64,000 nucleotides of DNA. Origin: Auanema rhodensis. Its lineage: Eukaryota; Animalia; Nematoda. Location of the stretch: NCBI GenBank assembly GCA_964057225.1, contig OZ059896.1, positions 2,852,001 to 2,916,000 on the forward strand, given 5' to 3'. Of the stretch, positions 54,001 through 64,000 are shown one piece after another. How positions within the stretch are numbered: the stretch's first letter is position 1; each line of letters begins with the position of its first letter. The notes beneath the pieces were generated by a model, which saw nothing but the letters and a program-made list of their open reading frames with translations, searched no databases and was not told the origin of the DNA. A program made the position numbers and the translations under genes.

Positions 54001-57000
54001 TTGAATAACATTGTCCATCGTTTTTGCCTCGAAAAAAGGAATCTAAAAACATCTACTTTTTGCTAAATTATTTTGAAATATTTCGAAAAAATTTTTGTCA
54101 AAATGTTTTTGGAAGCAATGTTGAGTGTACATGGAAACTCAACATACACTAATGCATCATTTTTCAAACGATCATAACTAATTTTTGTATTGAGCGTTTC
54201 TTAATGTATTATAGTGCATTCGATGCGGATTTTTAAGCTGCTTCGATCTGTGTTATCAGATTTGCGCTAGCTTAAAAATGCACCGAGATATCAACTGATA
54301 TAAGTTCACACTTATATCCTCGATTTTCACCCTGAAGAATTAATTTTTTCGTTGAATTACATTGTCCATCGTTTTTGCCTTGAAAAAAGGAATCTAAAAA
54401 CATCTACTTTTCGCTAAATTATTTTAAAATTTTTCGAAAAAATTTTTGTCAAAATGTTTTTGGAAGCAATTTTGAGTGTACATGGAAACTCAACATACAC
54501 TAATGCATCATTTTTCAAACGATCATAACTTATTTTTGTATTAAGTGTTTCTCAATGTAGTATGATGCATTCGATGCGGATTTTTAAGCTGCGTCGATCT
54601 GTACTATCAGATTTGCGCTAGCTTGAAAATGCACCGAGATATCAACTGATATAAGTTCACACTTATATCCTCGATTTTCACCCTGAAGAATTAATTTTTT
54701 CGTTGAATAACATTGTCCATCGTTTTTGCCTCGAGAAAAGGAATCTAAAAACATCTACTTTTCGCTAAATTATTTTGAAATTTTTCGAAAAAATTTTTGT
54801 CAAAATGTTTTTGGAAGCAATTTTGAGTGTACATGGAAACTCAACATACACTAATGCATCATTTTTCAAACGATCATAACTAATTTTTGTATTGAGCGTT
54901 TCTTAATGTATTATAGTGCATTCGATGCGGATTTTTAAGCTGCTTCGATCTGTGTTATCAGATTTGCGCTAGCTTAAAAATGCACCGAGATATCAACTGA
55001 TATAAGTTCACACTTATATCCTCGATTTTCACCCTGAAGAATTAATTTTTTCGTTGAATTACATTGTCCATCGTTTTTGCCTTGAAAAAAGGAATCTAAA
55101 AACATCTACTTTTCGCTAAATTATTTTAAAATTTTTTGAAAAAATTTTTGTCAAAATGTTTTTGGAAGCAATTTTGAGTGTACATGGAAACTCAACATAC
55201 ACTATTGCATCATTTTTCAAACGATCATAACTAATTTTTGTATTAAGCTTTTCTTAATGTAGTATAGTGCATTCGATGCGGCTTTTAAGCTGCGTCGATC
55301 TGTACTATCAGATTTGCGCTAGCTTGAAAATGCACCGAGATATGAACTGATATAAGTTCACACTTATATCCTCGATTTTCACCCTGAAGAATTAATTTTT
55401 TCGTTGAATTACATTGTCCATCGTTTTTGCCTTGAAAAAAGGAATCTAAAAACATCTACTTTTCGCTAAATTATTTTGAAATTTTTCGAAAAAATTTTTG
55501 TCAAAATGTTTTTGGAAGCAATTTTGAGTGTACATGGAAACTCAACATACACTAATGCATCATTTTTCAAACGATCATAACTAATTTTTGTATTAAGCGT
55601 TTCTCAATGTAGTATAGTGCATTCGATGCGGATTTTTAAGCTGCGTCGATCTGTACTATCAGATTTGCGCTAGCTTGAAAATGCACCGAGATATGAACTG
55701 ATATAAGTTCACACTTATATCCTCGATTTTCACCCTGAAGAATTAATTTTTTCGTTGAATAACATTGTCCATCGTTTTTGCCTTGAAAAAAGGAATCTAA
55801 AAACATCTACTTTTTGCTAAATTATCTTGAAATTTTTCGAAAAAATTTTTGTCAAAATGTTTTTGGAAGCAATTTTGAGTGTACATGGAAACTCAACATA
55901 CACTAATGCATCATTTTTCAAACGATCATAACTTATTTTTGTATTAAGTGTTTCTCAATGTAGTATAGTGCATTCGATGCGGATTTTTAAGCTGCGTCGA
56001 TCTGTACTATCAGATTTGCGCTAGCTTGAAAATGCACCGAGATATCAACTGATATAAGTTCACACTTATATCCTCGATTTTCACCCTGAAGAATTAATTT
56101 TTTCGTTGAATAACATTGTCCATCGTTTTTGCCTCGAGAAAAGGAATCTAAAAACATCTACTTTTCGCTAAATTATTTTGAAATTTTTCGAAAAAATTTT
56201 TGTCAAAATGTTTTTGGAAGCAATTTTGAGTGTACATGGAAACTCAACATACACTAATGCATCATTTTTCAAACGATCATAACTAATTTTTGTATTAAGC
56301 GTTTCTCAATGTAGTATAGTGCATTCGATGCGGATTTTTAAGCTGCGTCGATCTGTACTATCAGATTTGCGCTAGCTTGAAAATGCACCGAGATATCAAC
56401 TGATATAAGTTCACACTTATATCCTCGATTTTCACCCTGAAGAATTAATTTTTTCGTTGAATAACATTGTCCATCGTTTTTGCCTCGAGAAAAGGAATCT
56501 AAAAACATCTACTTTTCGCTAAATTATTTTGAAATTTTTCGAAAAAATTTTTGTCAAAATGTTTTTGGAAGCAATTTTGAGTGTACATGGAAACTCAACA
56601 TACACTAATGCATCATTTTTCAAACGATCATAACTTATTTTTGTATTAAGTGTTTCTCAATGTAGTATAGTGCATTCGATGCGGATTTTTAAGCTGCGTC
56701 GATCTGTACTATCAGATTTGCGCTAGCTTGAAAATGCACCGAGATATCAACTGATATAAGTTCACACTTATATCCTCGATTTTCACCCTGAAGAATTAAT
56801 TTTTTCGTTGAATAACATTGTCCATCGTTTTTGCCTCGAGAAAAGGAATCTAAAAACATCTACTTTTCGCTAAATTATTTTGAAATTTTTCGAAAAAATT
56901 TTTGTCAAAATGTTTTTGGAAGCAATTTTGAGTGTACATGGAAACTCAACATACACTAATGCATCATTTTTCAAACGATCATAACTAATTTTTGTATTAA

Positions 57001-60000
57001 GCGTTTCTCAATGTAGTATAGTGCATTCGATGCGGATTTTTAAGCTGCGTCGATCTGTACTATCAGATTTGCGCTAGCTTGAAAATGCACCGAGATATCA
57101 ACTGATATAAGTTCACACTTATATCCTCGATTTTCACCCTGAAGAATTAATTTTTTCGTTGAATAACATTGTCCATCGTTTTTGCCTCGAGAAAAGGAAT
57201 CTAAAAACATCTACTTTTCGCTAAATTATTTTGAAATTTTTCGAAAAAATTTTTGTCAAAATGTTTTTGGAAGCAATTTTGAGTGTACATGGAAACTCAA
57301 CATACACTAATGCATCATTTTTCAAACGATCATAACTAATTTTTGTATTAAGCGTTTCTCAATGTAGTGTAGTGCATTCGATGCGGATTATTAAGCTGCG
57401 TCGATTTGTGTTATCAGATTTCCCCTAGCTTCAAAATGCACCGAGATATCAACTGATATAAGTTCACACTTATATCCTCGATTTTCACCCTGAAGAATTA
57501 ATTTTTTCGTTGAATAACATTGTCCATCGTTTTTGCCTCGAGAAAAGGAATCTAAAAACATCTACTTTTCGCTAAATTATTTTGAAATTTTTCGAAAAAA
57601 TTTTTGTCAAAATGTTTTTGGAAGCAATTTTGAGTGTACATGGAAACTCAACATACACTAATGCATCATTTTTCAAACGATCATAACTTATTTTTGTATT
57701 AAGTGTTTCTCAATGTAGTATAGTGCATTCGATGCGGATTTTTAAGCTGCGTCGATCTGTACTATCAGATTTGCGCTAGCTTGAAAATGCACCGAGATAT
57801 CAACTGATATAAGTTCACACTTATATCCTCGATTTTCACCCTGAAGAATTAATTTTTTCGTTGAATAACATTGTCCATCGTTTTTGCCTCGAGAAAAGGA
57901 ATCTAAAAACATCTACTTTTCGCTAAATTATTTTAAAATTTTTTGAAAAAATTTTTGTCAAAATGTTTTTGGAAGCAATTTTGAGTGTACATGGAAACTC
58001 AACATACACTATTGCATCATTTTTCAAACGATCATAACTAATTTTTGTATTAAGCTTTTCTTAATGTAGTATAGTGCATTCGATGCGGCTTTTAAGCTGC
58101 GTCGATCTGTACTATCAGATTTGCGCTAGCTTGAAAATGCACCGAGATATGAACTGATATAAGTTCACACTTATATCCTCGATTTTCACCCTGAAGAATT
58201 AATTTTTTCGTTGAATTACATTGTCCATCGTTTTTGCCTTGAAAAAAGGAATCTAAAAACATCTACTTTTCGCTAAATTATTTTGAAATTTTTCGAAAAA
58301 ATTTTTGTCAAAATGTTTTTGGAAGCAATTTTGAGTGTACATGGAAACTCAACATACACTAATGCATCATTTTTCAAACGATCATAACTAATTTTTGTAT
58401 TAAGCGTTTCTCAATGTAGTATAGTGCATTCGATGCGGATTTTTAAGCTGCGTCGATCTGTACTATCAGATTTGCGCTAGCTTGAAAATGCACCGAGATA
58501 TCAACTGATATAAGTTCACACTTATATCCTCGATTTTCACCCTGAAGAATTAATTTTTTCATTGAATAACATTGTCCATCGTTTTTGCCTCGAGAAAAGG
58601 AATCTAAAAACATCTACTTTTCGCTAAATTATTTTGAAATTTTTCGAAAAAATTTTTGTCAAAATGTTTTTGGAAGCAATTTTGAGTGTACATGGAAACT
58701 CAACATACACTAATGCATCATTTTTCAAACGATCATAACTAATTTTTGTATTAAGCGTTTCTCAATGTAGTGTAGTGCATTCGATGCGGATTATTAAGCT
58801 GCGTCGATTTGTGTTATCAGATTTCCCCTAGCTTCAAAATGCACCGAGATATCAACTGATATAAGTTCACACTTATATCTTCGATTTTCACCCTGAAGAA
58901 TTAATTTTTTCGTTGAATAACATTGTCCATCGTTTTTGCCTTGGAAAAAGGAATCTAAAAACATCTACTTTTTGCTAAATTATTTTGAAATTTTTCGAAA
59001 AAATTTTTGTCAAAATGTTTTTGGAAGCAATGTTGAGTGTACATGGAAACTCAACATACACTAATGCATCATTTTTCAAACGATCATAACTAATTTTTGT
59101 ATTAAGCGTTTCTCAATGTAGTATAGTGCATTCGATGCGGATTATTAAGCTGCGTCGATCTGTACTATCAGATTTGCGCTAGCTTAAAGATGCACCGAGA
59201 TATCAACTGATATAAGTTCACACTTATATCCTCGATTTTCACCCTGAAGAATTAATTTTTTCGTTGAATAACATTGTCCATCGTTTTTGCCTTGAAAAAA
59301 GGAATCTAAAAACATCTACTTTTTGCTAAATTATTTTGAAATTTTTCGAAAACATTTTTGTCAAAATGTTTTTGGAAGCAATTTTGAGTGTACATGGAAA
59401 CTCAACATACACTAATGCATCATTTTTCAAACGATCATAACTAATTTTTGTATTAAGCGTTTCTCAATGTAGTATAGTGCATTCGATGCGGATTATTAAG
59501 CTGCGTCGATCTGTACTATCAGATTTGCGCTAGCTTAAAGATGCACCGAGATATCAACTGATATAAGTTCACACCTATATCCTCGATTTTCACCCTGAAG
59601 AATTAATTTTTTCGTTGAATAACATTGTCCATCGTTTTTGCCTCAAAAAAAGGAAACTAAAAACATCTACTTTTTGCTAAATTATTTTGAAATATTTCGA
59701 AAAAATTTTTGTCAAAATGTTTTTGGAAGCAATGTTGAGTGTACATGGAAACTCAACATACACTAATGCATCATTTTTCAAACGATCATAACTAATTTTT
59801 GTATTAAGCGTTTCTCAATGTAGTATAGTGCATTCGATGCGGATTATTAAGCTGCGTCGATCTGTACTATCAGATTTGCGCTAGCTTAAAGATGCACCGA
59901 GATATCAACTGATATAAGTTCACACTTATATCCTCGATTTTCACCCTGAAGAATTAATTTTTTCGTTGAATAACATTGTCCATCGTTTTTGCCTTGAAAA

Positions 60001-61910
60001 AAGGAATCTAAAAACATCTACTTTTTGCTAAATTATTTTGAAATTTTTCGAAAACATTTTTGTCAAAATGTTTTTGGAAGCAATTTTGAGTGTACATGGA
60101 AACTCAACATACACTAATGCATCATTTTTCAAACGATCATAACTAATTTTTGTATTAAGCGTTTCTCAATGTAGTATAGTGCATTCGATGCGGATTATTG
60201 AGCTGCGTCGATCTGTACTATCAGATTTGCGCTAGCTTAAAGATGCACCGAGATATCAACTGATATAAGTTCACACCTATATCCTCGATTTTCACCCTGA
60301 AGAATTAATTTTTTCGTTGAATAACATTGTCCATCGTTTTTGCCTCAAAAAAAGGAAACTAAAAACATCTACTTTTTGCTAAATTATTTTGAAATATTTC
60401 GAAAAAATTTTTGTCAAAATGTTTTTGGAAGCAATGTTGAGTGTACATGGAAACTCAACATACACTAATGCATCATTTTTCAAACGATCATAACTAATTT
60501 TTGTATTAAGCTTTTCTCAATGTAGTGTAGTGCATTCGATGCGGATTATTAAGCTGCGTCGATCTGTGTTATCAGATTTGCGTTGGCTTAAAAATGCACC
60601 GAGATATCAACTGATATAGGTTCACACTTATATCCTCGATTTTCACCCTGAAGAATTAATTTTTTCGTTGAATAACATTGTCCATCGTTTTTGCCTTGAA
60701 AAAAGGAATCTAAAAACATCTACTTTTCGCTAAATTATTTTGAAATTTTTCGAAAAAATTTTTGTCAAAATGTTTTTGGAAGCAATTTTGAGTGTACATG
60801 GAAACTCAACATACACTAATGCATCATTTTTCAAACGATCATAACTAATTTTTGTATTAAGCTTTTCTTAATGTAGTATAGTGCATTCGATGCGGATTTT
60901 TAAGCTGCGTCGATCTGTGTTATCAGATTTGCGCTGGCTTAAAAATGCACCGAGATATCAACTGATATAGGTTCACACTTATATCCTCGATTTTCACCCT
61001 GAAGAATTAATTTTTTCGTTGAATAACATTGTCCATCGTTTTTGCCTTGAAAAAAGGAATCTAAAAACATCTACTTTTCGCTAAATTATTTTGAAATTTT
61101 TCGAAAAAATTTTTTTCAAAATTTTTTTGGAAGCAATGTTGAGTGTACATGGAAACTCAACATACACTAATGCATCATTTTTCAAAAGATCATAACTAAT
61201 TTTTGTATTAAGCGTTTCTCAATGTAGTATAGTGCGTTCAATGCGGATTATTAAGCTGCGTCGATCTGTACTATCAGATTTGCGCTAGCTTAAAGATGCA
61301 CCGAGATATCAACTGATATAAGTTCATACTTATATCCTCGATTTTCACCCTGAAAAATTAATTTTTTCGTTGAATAACCTTGTCCATCGTTTTTGCCTTG
61401 AAAAAAGGAATCTAAAAACATCTACTTTTCGCTAAATTATTTTGAAATTTTTCGAAAAAATTTTTTTCAAAATTTTTTTGGAAGCAATGTTGAGTGTACA
61501 TGGAAACTCAACATACACTAATGCATCATTTTTCAAAAGATCATAACTAATTTTTGTATTAAGCGTTTCTCAATGTAGTATAGTGCGTTCAATGCGGATT
61601 ATTAAGCTGCGTCGATCTGTACTATCAGATTTGCGCTAGCTTAAAGATGCACCGAGATATCAACTGATATAAGTTCACACCTATATCCTCGATTTTCACC
61701 CTGAAGAATTAATTTTTTCGTTGAATAACATTGTCCATCGTTTTTGCCTCGAAAAAAGGAATCTAAAAACATCTACTTTTTGCTAAATTATTTTGAAATA
61801 TTTCGAAAAAATTTTTGTCAAAATGTTTTTGGAAGCAATGTTGAGTGTACATGGAAACTCAACATACACTAATGCATCATTTTTCAAACGATCATAACTA
61901 ATTTTTGTAT
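51040..61910. repeat. Sat351 subfamily-B block (about 51.0-54.2 kb) duplicated at about 58.75-61.9 kb, offset 7720 bp (22 monomers)
   Basis: GCGTCGATTTGTGTT at 51081/58801, followed by the same ordered variants (AAACATTTT, GGAAACTAA, CGTTGGCTT, GCGTTCAATG). Confidence 0.88.
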
Positions 61911-64000
61911 TGAGCTTTTCTCAATGTAATATAGTGCATTCGATGCGGATTTTTAAGCTGCGTCGATCTGTGCTATCAGATTTGCGCTAGCTTAAAAATG
62001 CACCGAGATATCAACTGATATAAGTTCACACTTATATCCTCGATTTTCACCCTGAAGAATTAATTTTTTCGTTGAATAACATTGTCCATCGTTTTTGCCT
62101 CAAAAAAAGGAATCTAAAAACATCTACTTTTTGCGAAATTATTTTGAAATTTTTCGAAAAAATTTTGTCAAAATGTTTTTGGAAGCAATGTTGAGTGTAC
62201 ATGGAAACTCAACATACACTAATGCATCATTTTTCAAACGATCATAACTAATTTTTGTATTAAGCGTTTCTCAATGTAGTATAGTGCATTCGATGCGGAT
62301 TTTTAAGCTGCGTCGATCTGTACTATCAGATTTGCGCTAGCTCGAAAATGCACCGAGATATCAACTGATATAAGTTCACACTTATATCCTCGATTTTTAC
62401 CCTGAAGAATTATTTTTTCGTTGAATAACATTGTCCATCGTTTTTGCCTCTAAAAAAGGAATCTAAAAACATCTACTTTTTGCTAAATTATTTTGAAATA
62501 TTTCGAAAAAATTTTTGTCAAAATGTTTTTGGAAGCAATGTTGAGTGTACATGGAAACTCAACATACACTAATGCATCATTTTTCAAACGATCATAACTA
62601 ATTTTTGTATTAAGCGTTTCTCAATGTAGTATAGTGCATTCGATGCGGATTATTAAGCTGCGTCGATCTGTACTATCAGATTTGCGCTAGCTTAAAGATG
62701 CACCGAGATATCAACTGATATAAGTTCACACCTATATCCTCGATTTTCACCCTGAAGAATTAATTTTTTCGTTGAATAACATTGTCCATCGTTTTTGCCT
62801 CGAAAAAAGGAATCTAAAAACATCTACTTTTTGCTAAATTATTTTGAAATATTTCGAAAAAATTTTTGTCAAAATGTTTTTGGAAGCAATGTTGAGTGTA
62901 CATGGAAACTCAACATACACTAATGCATCATTTTTCAAACGATCATAACTAATTTTTGTATTAAGCTTTTCTCAATGTAATATAGTGCATTCGATGCGGA
63001 TTTTTAAGCTGCGTCGATCTGTGCTATCAGATTTGCGCTAGCTTAAAAATGCACCGAGATATCAACTGATATAAGTTCACACTTATATCCTCGATTTTCA
63101 CCCTGAAGAATTAATTTTTTCGTTGAATAACATTGTCCATCGTTTTTGCCTCAAAAAAAGGAATCTAAAAACATCTACTTTTTGCGAAATTATTTTGAAT
63201 TTTTTCGAAAAAATTTTGTCAAAATGTTTTTGGAAGCAATGTTGAGTGTACATGGAAACTCAACATACACTAATGCATCATTTTTCAAACGATCATAACT
63301 AATTTTTGTATTAAGCGTTTCTTAATGTAGTATAGTGCATTCGATGCGGAATTTTAAGCTGCGTCGATCTGTGTTATCAGATTTGCGCTAGCTTAAAAAT
63401 GCACCGAGATATCAACTGATATAAGTTCACACTTATATCTTCGATTTTCACCCTGAAGAATTAATTTTTTCGTTGAATAACATTGTCCATCGTTTTTGCC
63501 TTGGAAAAAGGAATCTAAAAACATCTACTTTTTGCTAAATTATTTTGAAATTTTTCGAAAAAATTTTTGTCAAAATGTTTTTGGAAGCAATGTTGAGTGT
63601 ACATGGAAACTCAACATACACTAATGCATCATTTTTCAAAAGATCATAACTAATTTTTGTATTAAGCGTTTCTCAATGTAGTATAGTGCATTCGATGCGG
63701 ATTATTAAGCTGCGTCGATCTGTACTATCAGATTTGCGCTAGCTTAAAGATGCACCGAGATATCAACTGATATAAGTTCACACCTATATCCTCGATTTTC
63801 ACCCTGACGAATTAATTTTTTCGTTGAATAACATTGTCCATCGTTTTTGCCTCGAAAAAAGGAATCTAAAAACATCTACTTTTTGCTAAATTATTTTGAA
63901 ATATTTCGAAAAAATTTTTGTCAAAATGTTTTTGGAAGCAATGTTGAGTGTACATGGAAACTCAACATACACTAATGCATCATTTTTCAAACGATCATAA

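Larger units (their letters stand above)
32786..64000. repeat. Tandem satellite array, 351-bp monomer (Sat351), about 89 copies; runs off the window end
   Basis: GGATTTTTAA occurs at 32821, 33172 (+351) and 36681 (11x351-1). The monomer starts AAGCGTTTCTCAATGTAGTATAGTGCATTCGATGCGGATTTTTAAGC... and ends ...GATCATAACTAATTTTTGTATT. Some 350-bp copies occur (GCGGCTTTT variant). Confidence 0.99.

Noticed and set aside
1-64000. CRISPR array or other prokaryotic repeat system
   Set aside because: Monomers are head-to-tail with no unique spacers, there are no cas genes, and the only insert is a eukaryotic LINE.

Overview
This window is AT-rich eukaryotic satellite DNA (probably invertebrate; the taxon cannot be fixed from the sequence) with no intact host gene. 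It holds two different, highly homogeneous tandem arrays that meet at a base-precise junction at 32785/32786. Array 1 has a 176-bp monomer (1-32785, about 180 copies) rich in short palindromes and CACGTG E-boxes. Array 2 has a 351-bp monomer (32786-64000, about 89 copies), almost exactly twice as long. Array 1 is interrupted once by a 1066-bp, 5'-truncated CR1/L2-type non-LTR retrotransposon on the minus strand (26139-27204). This insert has an open ORF2 C-terminus, no target-site duplication, no poly(A) and a structured 544-nt 3' UTR. Both arrays show multi-kb higher-order duplications, subfamily layering and variants that strengthen hairpins. The architecture fits a centromeric or pericentromeric satellite-domain boundary, but function cannot be shown from sequence alone.
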